NCBI GenBank assembly: GCA_023703615.1
Contig: CP097971.1
Location: forward strand, 726,315 to 790,314
From: SAR86 cluster bacterium
GTDB taxonomy: Bacteria > Pseudomonadota > Gammaproteobacteria > Magnimaribacterales > D2472
Direction: 5' to 3'
DNA length: 64,000 nucleotides
The notes beneath the pieces were generated by a model, which was not told where the DNA came from, made no database searches, and was given only the letters and a program-made list of their open reading frames with translations. Positions 18,636-29,114 of this stretch are shown here, in pieces. Made by a program: the position numbers and the translations under genes. Position 1 is the first letter of the stretch; each line of letters begins with the position of its first letter.

Positions 18636-20033
18636 TTAATTAGTGGATATATTTATGATTAATTGCTCAATTCTTTTCAAGCTTTCTTCTTGTGTAAATA
18701 AAGACAACGTTAAGCCTAATGATGGTGAGTTTGTAGAGCCAGTTAATGCTATTCTTATTGGTTGATTTACTTTAGGCACCGATAGGTTATTTTTTTCTCG
18801 ATATTCAGTTAAGGCGCTATCAATTGATGGTTCATCCCAGACATCTAATCTAGCAATTTCTTCTTTTAAATCTAACAAGATATTTTCTGATCCTATAACA
18901 AACTTTTGTATAGCTTTTTCATCAAATTCACTTATTTCATTGAAATAACAGAAGAGATTTTTTGCAACACCAGAAAATGTTGATGCTGAAGTTCTCATAG
19001 CTTCAATTAATTCCTTTGCTTTTGGATGCAAATTAATATCTATATTTAGATTTTTTAAATGAGGCTTTAAGTTATCAATAAAATCTTCGAGCGTTAATTT
19101 AGCCATATGCTGAATATTTAAATAATCCAATTTAGAAATATCAAAAATTGCACCTGCTTTTTGAACATCGCTTAAACTAAAATCTTTAACTAGATCATCT
19201 ATATAAAAAACCTCTTTTTCCCCTTTTGACCATCCAAGTCTTGCTAAAGTATTTAAGATAGCAGAATCAAGATAACCCAAATTTCTGTACTCCTCCAAAC
19301 TAGTTGCAGCATGTCTTTTGGAAAGCCTTTTTTTATCATTACCAAGAACTAATGGAAGATGAGCATATTCTAAGGATGGATATTCGAGGGCATTTTGAAT
19401 ATGTATTTGTCTTGGAGTATTACTAAGATGATCTTCACCTCTTATAACACTAGAAACACCTTGTTCAAAATCATCAACAACATTACACAAATGATATGTT
19501 GGAGATCCATCACTTCTCAATAAAATAAGATCATCAAGTTCATTGTTTTCAAATTTTACTTGCCCTCTAATAATATCGTTAACGATTATTTCGCCATCTT
19601 CTGGAGTCGCTAATCTTAAAACTGTATTTTCAGAGCGTTCTAGTCCAAGATTTCTGCTTCTACCATCATACATTGGTTTTTTCCCAGCAGCGGTTTGCTC
19701 TTGACGCATTTCGTCTAACTCCTCTTGTGAACAATCACACCAATAAGCTTTACCTGATGCAATAATCTTTTCAGCTGCTTTAATATAAATTTCATTTCTT
19801 TCTGACTGATTAATTGGTGTTTGGTCTGGTATGAGACCAACGCTTGCAAGACTTTCTAATATATTTTTTTCATACTCTTTTGAAGAGCGTTCTTTGTCTG
19901 TATCTTCAATTCTGATTAAAAATTCACCTTTATTTTGTTTAGCATATACAAAATTAAAAAGTGCTGTTCGAACTCCACCAATGTGCAAAGTTCCAGTTGG
20001 ACTTGGTGCAAATCTTGTGACAATTTTTTTCAA
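18636..20033 (-). CDS. gltX: Glutamate--tRNA ligase
   Basis: TRFAPSPTGTLHIGG (HIGH) and KRLSKR (KMSKS-like) motifs, 465 aa. The TTG start overlaps the dnaQ stop (TTGA). Confidence 0.95.
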   Translation of the reverse strand: MKKIVTRFAPSPTGTLHIGGVRTALFNFVYAKQNKGEFLIRIEDTDKERSSKEYEKNILESLASVGLIPDQTPINQSERNEIYIKAAEKIIASGKAYWCDCSQEELDEMRQEQTAAGKKPMYDGRSRNLGLERSENTVLRLATPEDGEIIVNDIIRGQVKFENNELDDLILLRSDGSPTYHLCNVVDDFEQGVSSVIRGEDHLSNTPRQIHIQNALEYPSLEYAHLPLVLGNDKKRLSKRHAATSLEEYRNLGYLDSAILNTLARLGWSKGEKEVFYIDDLVKDFSLSDVQKAGAIFDISKLDYLNIQHMAKLTLEDFIDNLKPHLKNLNIDINLHPKAKELIEAMRTSASTFSGVAKNLFCYFNEISEFDEKAIQKFVIGSENILLDLKEEIARLDVWDEPSIDSALTEYREKNNLSVPKVNQPIRIALTGSTNSPSLGLTLSLFTQEESLKRIEQLIINISTN

Positions 20034-20749
20034 GTTATTTTATTCCAAATAGTATCAACATTATTTCTTGAAGTTATGTCATCAAGTCTTTTATTGTGTT
20101 CTTTAATATCGTCTTTTGATGATTCAATTTTTTTAATTTTAAATCCATTGGTTAAAAATTCTTTATTAGATTTTTTCTGTTCTAATGATGGTGTAGAGTT
20201 CCCATTACTGAATTCAAAATTACTTTGGCCGCCAGTTAAAAGCATATAAACATCTGCAAGAATATTAGCATCCAGCAAAGCTCCGTGATAAGTTCTGTCA
20301 TAACCAGTTACATCAAATCTATTAGCTAATGCATCTAAAGAGTTTCTTTGGCCAGGAAATTTTTCCCTTGCTAATGACAGTGAGTCTATAACTTCACATA
20401 TTTCCTCAAGTTTTGGATATTTTGAAGAAACTAAGTTCAATTCATTATTTAAAAATCCTACATCAAAATCTGCATTATGAATAACTAATGTGCTTCCTTG
20501 GATAAATTCTAAAAACTCTTCAGCAATTTCTTGAAACAAGGGCTTATCTTCAAGATCTTGATTAGATATTCCATGAACTTTTGTGGCTTCTTCGTCAATC
20601 AATCTTTCAGGATTTAAATAAGAATGAAAATGTTCCTCAGATTTTTTTCTATCATTTAAAAGCACTGCTCCAATTTCAATCACTCTATGGCCTTGCTCAA
20701 CTTCTAACCCAGTAGTTTCTGTATCAAGAATGATGTATTTTTTTGCCAT
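20030..20749 (-). CDS. dnaQ: DNA polymerase III epsilon subunit (3-prime to 5-prime proofreading exonuclease)
   Basis: Exo I ILDTETTGL, Exo II LVIHNADFDVGFL, Exo III YHGALLDANILADVY. Confidence 0.93.
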   Translation of the reverse strand: MAKKYIILDTETTGLEVEQGHRVIEIGAVLLNDRKKSEEHFHSYLNPERLIDEEATKVHGISNQDLEDKPLFQEIAEEFLEFIQGSTLVIHNADFDVGFLNNELNLVSSKYPKLEEICEVIDSLSLAREKFPGQRNSLDALANRFDVTGYDRTYHGALLDANILADVYMLLTGGQSNFEFSNGNSTPSLEQKKSNKEFLTNGFKIKKIESSKDDIKEHNKRLDDITSRNNVDTIWNKIT

Positions 20750-20754
20750 AAATT

Positions 20755-21189
20755 TTACTCTAAACTATCTATACCTTTATTAGCTAGTATGTCTGCTATT
20801 TCATTTTGTTCGTGCCCAGTGTGGCCTTTTACCCAATTCCATCTTACATCATGTTTCATACAAAGCTTATCTAGCTCTATCCAAAGCTCCTTATTTTTAA
20901 CATCCTTTTTATTAGAATTTTTCCATTTGTTAATTTTCCATTTTTTTATCCAACTTGTTATGCCTTGCATAACGTATTTTGAATCTGTTGTTAAATTAAC
21001 AATACATACTTCTTTAAGTAATTTTAAACCCTCTATGGCAGCTTGAAGTTCCATTTGATTATTGGTGGTATTTTTATTACCTCCAAAATACTCTTTTTCA
21101 TTATCTTGATACTGAATCAAAACACCCCAACCTCCTGGGCCAGGATTCCCTCTGCATGCACCATCAGTATAAATATTTACTGTTTTCAT
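20755..21189 (-). CDS. rnhA: Ribonuclease HI
   Basis: IYTDGACRGNPGPGGWG, TNNQMEL and WVKGHTGHEQNEIAD motifs. The rnhA-dnaQ tandem is as in enterobacteria. Confidence 0.93.
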   Translation of the reverse strand: MKTVNIYTDGACRGNPGPGGWGVLIQYQDNEKEYFGGNKNTTNNQMELQAAIEGLKLLKEVCIVNLTTDSKYVMQGITSWIKKWKINKWKNSNKKDVKNKELWIELDKLCMKHDVRWNWVKGHTGHEQNEIADILANKGIDSLE

Positions 21190-21211
21190 AAAATTAAATT
21201 AAAATTTGCAT

Positions 21212-21979
21212 ATGATTAAAGTAGAACCAATTCCAGCTTTTAGTGATAATTATATTTGGTTAGTCACAACTAATGAAGGGTCAATTGTAATTGATCCTGG
21301 TGATGCTAATCCTGTAATTGAATATCTTAGTAAAAATAAAGATCTAACTTTGAATAGTATTTTGCTCACTCATCATCATTATGATCATTCTGGAGGTATA
21401 GAAGATTTAAGAAAAAGATATGACTTAAAGGTTTTTGGACCAAATAATCAAATAAAATCTGTGGATCATAGAGTGGTTGAAGGAGATGAAATTTTAGTAA
21501 ACGGATTAATTTTTAAGATTATTGAAGTTCCAGGTCATACTTTAGATCATATTGCATTTTATAATGACGGTGATGATGATCCGATTCTTTTTTGTGGGGA
21601 TACACTATTTGCTGCTGGCTGCGGACGAGTTTTTGAAGGTACATTTGATCAAATGTATGAATCTTTATTGAAGCTTAAAAAGCTTCCTGAAAACACAATA
21701 GTTTATAGTGGGCATGAGTACACAACAGCAAATTTAATGTTTGCAAATCATGTTGAGCCTTTGAATAAAAACATACGAGATAGTTTATCTAAAGTTCAAG
21801 AACTCAGATCAAAGAATATACCTACCCTCCCAACAAGTATTAAAGAGGAAAAACTTATTAATCCCTTTTTACGATGTGATGATGAGAGCCTTCAAATCAT
21901 AATAAGAAAAAAATTTAATACTGATTTAAGTGAATTAAATATTTTTTCTGCCTTAAGAGAATGGAAAGACAACTTCTAA
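21212..21979 (+). CDS. gloB: Hydroxyacylglutathione hydrolase (glyoxalase II)
   Basis: Metallo-beta-lactamase motif THHHYDHSGG, with DNYIWL near the N-terminus. It is divergent from rnhA as in E. coli. ATG at 21212 (the ORF track starts at the TTG at 21206). Confidence 0.9.
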   Translation: MIKVEPIPAFSDNYIWLVTTNEGSIVIDPGDANPVIEYLSKNKDLTLNSILLTHHHYDHSGGIEDLRKRYDLKVFGPNNQIKSVDHRVVEGDEILVNGLIFKIIEVPGHTLDHIAFYNDGDDDPILFCGDTLFAAGCGRVFEGTFDQMYESLLKLKKLPENTIVYSGHEYTTANLMFANHVEPLNKNIRDSLSKVQELRSKNIPTLPTSIKEEKLINPFLRCDDESLQIIIRKKFNTDLSELNIFSALREWKDNF

Positions 21980-23424
21980 TAATAATTACAGCTTCTTTAT
22001 TAATATTTGGCTGTCAACAAATTGATTTAGGTATGCCTAGTTCTGTTATTTCAATTGAGGAACAAAAACCTCAAGTTATTGTTGTTGAAGAAAAACCACA
22101 AGATGTATGGGAATATATGATGACAAAAACAGATTTATCACCGTATATTCTTGATGAGCAAACAAATTTTTATATCAATAAACACATATCTAATCTAGAA
22201 AAATTTACAGAATATTTAGATAAATCCTATTATTTCATTTATTACGTAATTCAAGAACTTGAAGCTGCAGATCTTCCTGTTGAGCTTGCTCTGATTCCTT
22301 TTATAGAAAGTAATTATGATCCCTTTTCAATTTCGCCTTCTGGTGCAGTTGGGCTTTGGCAGTTTATGCCTACCACCGGAAGAGCATTTAACTTGGAGAG
22401 ATCATGGTGGAATGAGGACAGACATGATCCATATAGATCAACTCATGCTGCAATTGGATATTTTAAATATCTATTTGAGAGGTTTGATAATGATATTTAT
22501 CTTGCTCTTGCTGCGTATAATGCTGGGCCTACTTATCTTGAAAAACAAATAAAAAAAAATAAACGTAGAGGTTTAAAATATGATTTTTGGTCGTTAAATT
22601 TAACAAATCAAGTCACAGAATATGTGCCTAAATACGTTGCAATAAGAGAAGTAATCTTTAATGCTGAAAAATATGGAATTCTTCTACCTAACATCCCAAT
22701 AGAATCTGTTGTAAAGAAAATTGAGATACCTGGTCAAGTTGAGATCTTAACTCTTAGCGAATATCTAAGTATAAAACCAAAGCTTATATATAAATTAAAT
22801 GCTGGTTATACAAAATGGGCTTCTGCACCAAAAGATAAAAGCATTTTTTATGTGCCAATAGAAAAAACTTATTTACTAGACAGTCCTGATAGTCCCTTTG
22901 AAAATGTAAATCAGATTAACTGGATATCACATAAAGTATTATCTGGAGATAGTTTATGGAAATTAGCAAAAAAATATGACACTGAAGTTAGAATTATTAA
23001 GGAAATTAATTATATAAATAGTGATTTATTATCAGTGAACGATACCTTGTTAATACCTTTGAGCAAGTCAAAGTCTAATACATTTATTCCATATGAAATG
23101 CATATCGTATCTGAAGGAGATACTCTTTGGAGCATTGCTAAAAAATATAAGATTGAAATTAAAGAGTTGACTGCAATAAATTCGCTTGACAGAAATGCAA
23201 TACTTAAATTAGGCCAGCAATTATCTATTGGTAATAAAAACATTCATCGAAATATAGAATCAAAAAAAAGAACAATACTCTATTCAGTTAAACAAGGAGA
23301 TAATTTATACAAAATATCAGATTTATTTGATGTGAGTGTAAAGAGCATTGAGGAATTAAATGATTTTAAAACTTCAAAATTAATGCCCGGTCAAATAATA
23401 AAGATTGCGATAAGAGCTTTTTAA
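21961..23424 (+). CDS. mltD: Membrane-bound lytic murein transglycosylase D-like lipoprotein with C-terminal LysM repeats
   Basis: Lipobox LLIFGC and an SLT domain (IESNYDPFSISPSGAVGLWQFMPTTG, AAYNAGP). It has three LysM-like repeats (GDSLWKLAKKY, GDTLWSIAKKY, GDNLYKISDLF). gloB-mltD synteny. Confidence 0.85.
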   Translation: MERQLLIIITASLLIFGCQQIDLGMPSSVISIEEQKPQVIVVEEKPQDVWEYMMTKTDLSPYILDEQTNFYINKHISNLEKFTEYLDKSYYFIYYVIQELEAADLPVELALIPFIESNYDPFSISPSGAVGLWQFMPTTGRAFNLERSWWNEDRHDPYRSTHAAIGYFKYLFERFDNDIYLALAAYNAGPTYLEKQIKKNKRRGLKYDFWSLNLTNQVTEYVPKYVAIREVIFNAEKYGILLPNIPIESVVKKIEIPGQVEILTLSEYLSIKPKLIYKLNAGYTKWASAPKDKSIFYVPIEKTYLLDSPDSPFENVNQINWISHKVLSGDSLWKLAKKYDTEVRIIKEINYINSDLLSVNDTLLIPLSKSKSNTFIPYEMHIVSEGDTLWSIAKKYKIEIKELTAINSLDRNAILKLGQQLSIGNKNIHRNIESKKRTILYSVKQGDNLYKISDLFDVSVKSIEELNDFKTSKLMPGQIIKIAIRAF

Positions 23425-24275
23425 TTATCAGAAGTTTTTGGATCTAAAGCATCTCTCAAACCATCACCAAAAAAGTTTAGGGCGAATAAAGTTATAGTAA
23501 ATGTTATACCTGGATAAATTAACAACCAGCTATACTCTTCCATTGATTCGACTCCATCTTTTATTAAAGTGCCCCAGCTACTCATTGGTGGTTGAATACC
23601 TAACCCCAAAAAGCTTAAAAATCCTTCTAACAGCATAACTTGTGGAATCGTCAATGTTGCGTAGACTGCAACAGGGCCCAATATGTTAGGTAACAAATGC
23701 CTTCTGAACATGAGAAAGTTTCCAACTCCCATTGCATTTGCTGCAAGAACAAACTCTTGATTTTTTAGACCAATCACTTGAGCTCTTACTATTCTTGCCA
23801 TAGTCAACCATTCAACAGCACCAATTGCACCAAATAATAACCAAAGATTTCTTCCAAAAATAACCATCAACAAAATAATAAAAATTATGAAAGGAAGGCC
23901 ATAAAGCACATCAACTATTCGCATCATAATGGAATCAACTCTACCACCTGCATATCCAGCAATAATTCCCCAAGACACTCCAATCACCAATGCAACTCCC
24001 GTTGCAACAAAACCAACAAGAAGAGATATTCTTGCCCCATATAGTATTCTGCTTAATAAATCTCTACCTAAAATATCTGTTCCTAATAGATGTGCTGAAG
24101 ATGGAGCAGTAGCTCCTAAGTCGAGATTTTGTTCGTAATAAGAGTATGGTGCGATCCAAGGAGCAGCAAAAGCACACAAAATCAAAACTATCAAAATTGA
24201 CCCACCAATCATTGCTGCTTTATTGCGAGTCAATCTATATATTGCATCGGACCATAGAGAAGGATTATTGCTCAT
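23421..24275 (-). CDS. Peptide ABC transporter permease (OppC/DppC type)
   Basis: Multi-TM protein with an EAA-type loop (TMARIVRAQVIGLKNQEFVLAANAMG). ATG 24275 overlaps the upstream stop as ATGA. Confidence 0.85.
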   Translation of the reverse strand: MSNNPSLWSDAIYRLTRNKAAMIGGSILIVLILCAFAAPWIAPYSYYEQNLDLGATAPSSAHLLGTDILGRDLLSRILYGARISLLVGFVATGVALVIGVSWGIIAGYAGGRVDSIMMRIVDVLYGLPFIIFIILLMVIFGRNLWLLFGAIGAVEWLTMARIVRAQVIGLKNQEFVLAANAMGVGNFLMFRRHLLPNILGPVAVYATLTIPQVMLLEGFLSFLGLGIQPPMSSWGTLIKDGVESMEEYSWLLIYPGITFTITLFALNFFGDGLRDALDPKTSDN

Positions 24276-25195
24276 GATAAATCCCTTGATCTTGGATTTA
24301 ACCAAAGTGCTGCTAAATCTGACATTAGGTTAAAAAAAACAATCATGGCAGAAAAAAAAATTGTTGTTCCTAATATCATTGTGTAGTCTCTATTGAATGC
24401 TGCTTCAACATAGAATCTTCCTAATCCAGGAATTTGAAAAATTGTTTCAACAACAAAAGAACCTGCAAGAAGTCCAGCAATTGCAGGACCCAAAAATGAT
24501 ACAACAGGTATAAGTCCACCCTGCATCGCGTGTTTAGTAACAACCTGCGTTTCATTTAGACCTTTGGCCCGAGCAGTTCTTATAAAATCCTGATTTAATA
24601 TTTCTAACATACCTCCTCTGCTTAATCTTGCTATATAAGCAGCATATGCAAATCCTAAAGTAATGGATGGTAGTAATTTATCTCCTGGGAGTTGTCCCCA
24701 TCCTGAGACTGGTAACAATTCAAAATTAATTCCAAAAATTAATACCAATAAAGGGCCCATTAGAAAAGTTGGTACGCAAATACCAATCATCGCAATTCCC
24801 ATCGGTACATAATCTAAAAATGTATTTCTTTTAAGTGCAGCAAGAACTCCAGAAAAAATGCCAATAGACAAAGCAATCAGCATTGAATAAATTGCAAGCT
24901 CAAATGTAACCGGCAAACCAGTTGTAATCATTTCTGTTACAGATCTTCCTGGATAACGAAATGAAGGACCAAAATCACCTCTGATTACACCAGACATATA
25001 ATCTAAATACTGTTGCCATTGAGATGCATTTAAATTGTATGCTTCGTTTAAATTCTTTAGAACTTGTGGTGAGACTGCTTTATCAGCATCAAATGGACCA
25101 CCAGGAGCAAGTTTAATTAGAAAAAAAGTAATACTTGCTACTGCTAAAAGAACAGGAATTGAAATTAAAATTCTTTTAATAAAAATACTTAGCAT
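24272..25195 (-). CDS. Peptide ABC transporter permease (OppB/DppB type)
   Basis: N-terminus MLSIFIKRILISIPVLLAV, GDFGPSFRY, and the EAA loop IRTARAKGLNETQVVTKHAMQG. Confidence 0.85.
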   Translation of the reverse strand: MLSIFIKRILISIPVLLAVASITFFLIKLAPGGPFDADKAVSPQVLKNLNEAYNLNASQWQQYLDYMSGVIRGDFGPSFRYPGRSVTEMITTGLPVTFELAIYSMLIALSIGIFSGVLAALKRNTFLDYVPMGIAMIGICVPTFLMGPLLVLIFGINFELLPVSGWGQLPGDKLLPSITLGFAYAAYIARLSRGGMLEILNQDFIRTARAKGLNETQVVTKHAMQGGLIPVVSFLGPAIAGLLAGSFVVETIFQIPGLGRFYVEAAFNRDYTMILGTTIFFSAMIVFFNLMSDLAALWLNPRSRDLS

Positions 25196-25202
25196 ACAGA
25201 AA

Positions 25203-26825
25203 TTAATCTCTTTCTAAGTATATATATTTAGGATGATGATGATCTAAATAATTTGGAAAATACCCTTTTACATCTTCTGATAGTTGATAAGATCTAACAT
25301 AAGTATACAAAGGAACAATAGGCATTTCATCGATCAGTATTCTTTCTGCTTGCATAAGAAGATTATATCTTTTCTCTGTATCATTGGTTGAGTTGGCAAG
25401 CTCAAGCAAATCGTCATATTTTTTATTTTCCCAACCAGTTTTATTATTACCTCTATTAGGTCTTAAAGTATCTAAAAATGTATTTGGGTCCTCATAATCT
25501 CCTATCCAACCTGCTCTTGAGACTTGGAAGTCACCTATCATTTCTCTATTTAAATAAACTTTCCAGTCTTGATTGACTAACTCAACTTCTATTCCAAGAG
25601 TTGTTTGCCACATCTGCTGAATGGCTAACGCAATCTTTCTATGATCTTCATTAGTATTAAATAATATTTCTAATTTTGGAAAATCTTCTGGATTAGAATA
25701 TCCAGCCTCAACTAATAATTGTTTTGCTAACAATGGATCATATTTAATCTCCGTATCAGGCTGATATCCTGCTGAACCAGGAGGCGTAAATGAATAAGCA
25801 GGTATTTGACCGCATTTAGTAACTTTCTCAACCAATTGAGTTCTATTGATAGCATAAGCTAGCGCTTTTCTAACTTTTACATCTTTAAGAACTGGATGTT
25901 TAGTATTAAATCTATAAAAATATGTTCCCATGTAAGGATCTATTCTTAAGTTTGGATTATTTTCTTCAATGTATATTGGACATTTTTGCGAAGGTAAACT
26001 GCTAGTTAAATGAAGTTGGCCTGCTCTGAACATTCTGTCCTCAGTCATTGTATTTTGAACTGGATAAAAGTGTATTTCATTAAGTTTTACTTTTTTTGCA
26101 TCCCAATAGAATGGATTCTTATCAACAATTATTTTGCTATTTAGTTCCCATGACTTAAGTCGAAATGGGCCATTGCATACAAAATTTCCTGGGCGAGTCC
26201 ACTCACCATTTCTATCATCAATATCTCCATATTTTAAAACAGTTTCTTTGTGCACTGGCCAAGTACTATAGTGACTAAGAAGACCAAGAAAAAAAGGTGT
26301 TGGGTTTTTTAGATTAACCTCAAGAGTAAAGTCGTCAATAGCCTTTACTCCAACATTATCAAAATTGTTATTTATTTCATTATGGAATTCATATGCACCA
26401 GTTACATAATAGAGCATATCAGGATATTGTGATCCTAATGATGGCGTAAGAATTCTCTTCCAACTCCAAACAAAATCAGATGCTGTTACAGGATCTCCAT
26501 TTGACCACTTAGCATTCTTATTTAAGAAAAAAGTATATTTTTTTCCATCATTGCTTATTTCCCATGATTCAGCAGCGCCTGGTAAGCTTGCTCCTCCTTT
26601 TGGATTAGATGATGTTAATCCCTCACACATTGATATCAGTAAATGATGTTCCGGGACACCGGTTACAATATGTGGATCTAAACCTTGCGGCTCAGCACCA
26701 TTTCCAAAATGGAAAATTTGATTTTCTAATCCAGAATCTACCGGTGATATGTTTTGCCCACAGCTATGAATAAAACATAGAGATATTAAGATTAAAAAAT
26801 ATTTTTTATGCATTTTAAAAACCAT
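25203..26825 (-). CDS. Family-5 (OppA-like) peptide ABC transporter substrate-binding lipoprotein
   Basis: About 540 aa. It has a signal peptide with lipobox-like ..CFIHSC and the family-5 SBP pattern (GAEPQGLDPH, AESWEISNDGKKYTFFL.., WSNGDPVTA). An alternative ATG lies at 26813. Confidence 0.85.
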   Translation of the reverse strand: MVFKMHKKYFLILISLCFIHSCGQNISPVDSGLENQIFHFGNGAEPQGLDPHIVTGVPEHHLLISMCEGLTSSNPKGGASLPGAAESWEISNDGKKYTFFLNKNAKWSNGDPVTASDFVWSWKRILTPSLGSQYPDMLYYVTGAYEFHNEINNNFDNVGVKAIDDFTLEVNLKNPTPFFLGLLSHYSTWPVHKETVLKYGDIDDRNGEWTRPGNFVCNGPFRLKSWELNSKIIVDKNPFYWDAKKVKLNEIHFYPVQNTMTEDRMFRAGQLHLTSSLPSQKCPIYIEENNPNLRIDPYMGTYFYRFNTKHPVLKDVKVRKALAYAINRTQLVEKVTKCGQIPAYSFTPPGSAGYQPDTEIKYDPLLAKQLLVEAGYSNPEDFPKLEILFNTNEDHRKIALAIQQMWQTTLGIEVELVNQDWKVYLNREMIGDFQVSRAGWIGDYEDPNTFLDTLRPNRGNNKTGWENKKYDDLLELANSTNDTEKRYNLLMQAERILIDEMPIVPLYTYVRSYQLSEDVKGYFPNYLDHHHPKYIYLERD

Positions 26826-28689
26826 CTAAATTAATATTAACAACTGCATTTTTAAATAAATCTTCGTCAATAATAGACGCAATTGAATCAAAATATCTTT
26901 CTGATGAAAACGTTCTATAGTTTTCAATTGCAGATTCTATTTCCTCATAAGTGGCATCATTAAACTTTTTAATATCAATAATATATTTATCTTTGTTGTT
27001 AGAATCTAAATACACTGTAGCTCCATCAGTATTTTTAAATACTTCCTCTAAGATTTCAGCAGGCATGAGAGATGCATATCTTTTTACATTTACATATGAA
27101 TCATTAGTAATAAAATCATTTTCTTCAATATAAGCAAATTCTTTTTCTTCAATCTTTAATTCAGATAACTTATTTGTAATATTTATAATTTCATTTTCAG
27201 CAATTGATAAAGCTAATAGATCTCTAGCCTTGTCTTCCACCTGGTCATAATCCATAAGCTTAGACTCTGTAATTTGAGTTGTAGTTAAAACTAAAATTTT
27301 ATCTTCGAAGTCTATGATTCCTAATTTATTAATATTATTTGTTGAAAAAATAAATTCATCTATTCTTGGGTCGTTTAATTCAAACTGAAAATCAGATAAA
27401 GAAAAATTTTCGTACGACTGTATTTTTTTATCTAAATCTAAGCTAGCTTGATCAATTGTTATGTTACCGGTAGACATATCATCTAACAAAACAAGATCAT
27501 CATTCATCAGTGCAAGGGATTCAGCAGCAATTAGTTCGGAGCTCAGTGTTTCTTTCATTTGATCATAAGACTTAATTTCTTGTTCAAGCACTTCTGTAAC
27601 TTTTAAAATATGAAATGAGGTTTCAATTTCTACGATTGCGGATGTTTCATTTAATTGAACGCTTTCAAGAGCACTTGCAAATTCTTCAGGAAATATATCT
27701 GCTGAAAAATAATCTAAGTCCCCTCCTGTATCTTTTGTAACTATGTCTTCTGTATATTTTGATACTAATGATTCGAAATCTGTTCCATTAATAATTTCAT
27801 TTTCAACCTTTTTTATTATTTCAAAAGCTTCTGATTCATTTGAATAATTATTTTTATCAATCATTATGTGAGAAATTCTTTTTTGAATATTATTACCCAT
27901 ATTTGAAAGATAGTTTTGATAGGCTTCATCAATATAATTATTAGGTATGGTTACTTTATCTTCATAATCATTAGAATTTAAAATAAAATATTTTATTGAT
28001 CGTTTTTCATCTGAGAAAAATTGAGATTGGTTGTTTACATAAAATTCCTTAATTTGATCAGAGGTAAGATCAATGCTTTTGGAAAGTAAATCAAAATCAA
28101 TTTTTATAAAATCTAAGTCAACTTGCTTCTCAAGAAGTATTGCAAGATCTCTTAATTCATTTTCAAATGTAAAATCAAGAGAGCCTAATGCAATTCTATA
28201 CTCTTGTGATGCCAACAATTTTGTTACAAGATCAATATAGGTTTCTTTAGTGTGGCCCATCGCATTAACTCTTGCTCCATATATGCCTTCATCAAACATA
28301 CCGTTTTCGTCAAAGAACATTTGATTTGTGACAATAAATTTTTTGGCATTTTTTATAGACTCTTTATTAATTAATCCAATAGACCTTGCCTCAGCAAGCA
28401 ATACTTTTTCAGCTATAAGTTCTTGACGAATTTGGCCTAATTGAAATTCTTCACCTAAAAGATTTATGTCAAAATCTTCTCCAAATCTATCTTGAAGATT
28501 TTGACTAACTTTTGCAGATGCATTTTGAAAGTCCCATTCAGTTACTTCTTCACCGTTAATAGTCCCAATACTGCCACTAAAAACAGTAGTTAAGGATGAT
28601 GTACCAAGAAAGACGAATGGTAATGCACAAATTGCAATAATAAAAACAAGTCTTGGTCCGGTTAAAAAATTTCTTACTGATTCAAGCAT
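26815..28689 (-). CDS. ppiD: Periplasmic chaperone / peptidyl-prolyl isomerase PpiD
   Basis: 624 aa with an N-terminal TM anchor (RLVFIIAICALPFVFL) and an internal parvulin-like segment (RISHIMI...). It holds the conserved position downstream of lon-hupB. Confidence 0.85.
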   Translation of the reverse strand: MLESVRNFLTGPRLVFIIAICALPFVFLGTSSLTTVFSGSIGTINGEEVTEWDFQNASAKVSQNLQDRFGEDFDINLLGEEFQLGQIRQELIAEKVLLAEARSIGLINKESIKNAKKFIVTNQMFFDENGMFDEGIYGARVNAMGHTKETYIDLVTKLLASQEYRIALGSLDFTFENELRDLAILLEKQVDLDFIKIDFDLLSKSIDLTSDQIKEFYVNNQSQFFSDEKRSIKYFILNSNDYEDKVTIPNNYIDEAYQNYLSNMGNNIQKRISHIMIDKNNYSNESEAFEIIKKVENEIINGTDFESLVSKYTEDIVTKDTGGDLDYFSADIFPEEFASALESVQLNETSAIVEIETSFHILKVTEVLEQEIKSYDQMKETLSSELIAAESLALMNDDLVLLDDMSTGNITIDQASLDLDKKIQSYENFSLSDFQFELNDPRIDEFIFSTNNINKLGIIDFEDKILVLTTTQITESKLMDYDQVEDKARDLLALSIAENEIINITNKLSELKIEEKEFAYIEENDFITNDSYVNVKRYASLMPAEILEEVFKNTDGATVYLDSNNKDKYIIDIKKFNDATYEEIESAIENYRTFSSERYFDSIASIIDEDLFKNAVVNINLDGF

Positions 28690-28704
28690 GGTGCATATTA
28701 TAAA

Positions 28705-28735
28705 ATAAAAAAAGGGTGCGTAAGCACCCTTTTTA
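28705..28735 (-). terminator. Rho-independent terminator after hupB
   Basis: Stem GGGTGC/GCACCC (28714-28729) with a GTAA loop, then a T-run on the minus strand. Confidence 0.7.
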
Positions 28736-28749
28736 AGAGTTAACTAAAG

Positions 28750-29028
28750 TTAGCCGTTTTTAACCTTATCTTTAAGGCCTTTACCAGCTTTAAATCCAGG
28801 TACTTTTGATGCAGCAATATGCATAGCAGCTCCTGTTTGAGGATTTCTACCCTCCCTTGCTGCTCTGTGTCTTACAGAAAAGGTACCAAAACCAACTAAT
28901 GATACTGAATCGCCAGTTCCTAGCGCATCACCAATACCACCCAAAACTGCATCAACCGCTCTCGCTGCTGAAGCTTTTGAAATATCTGCATCACTTGCAA
29001 CTGAATCAACTAAATCTGATTTATTCAT
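28750..29028 (-). CDS. hupB: Nucleoid-associated DNA-binding protein HU (beta)
   Basis: 92 aa: MNKSDLVD..., [21 protein letters not shown]. lon-hupB-ppiD synteny. Confidence 0.92.
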   Translation of the reverse strand: MNKSDLVDSVASDADISKASAARAVDAVLGGIGDALGTGDSVSLVGFGTFSVRHRAAREGRNPQTGAAMHIAASKVPGFKAGKGLKDKVKNG

Positions 29029-29114
29029 ATTAAATACTCCTCAATGTAATTTTATTTAATAAATACTTCTCTATGAAAAGCTTTTTACGTTGAAAAGTCA
29101 AGCAAATAAAGGTT

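Noticed and set aside
29029-29114. Possible sigma-70 promoter TTGACT...TTCATA upstream of hupB, and an AAAAGCTTTT palindrome as a lon terminator.
   Set aside because: The -10 match is poor, and the palindrome has no loop or GC stem. Promoter-like hexamers are too frequent in this AT-rich sequence to call without TSS data.
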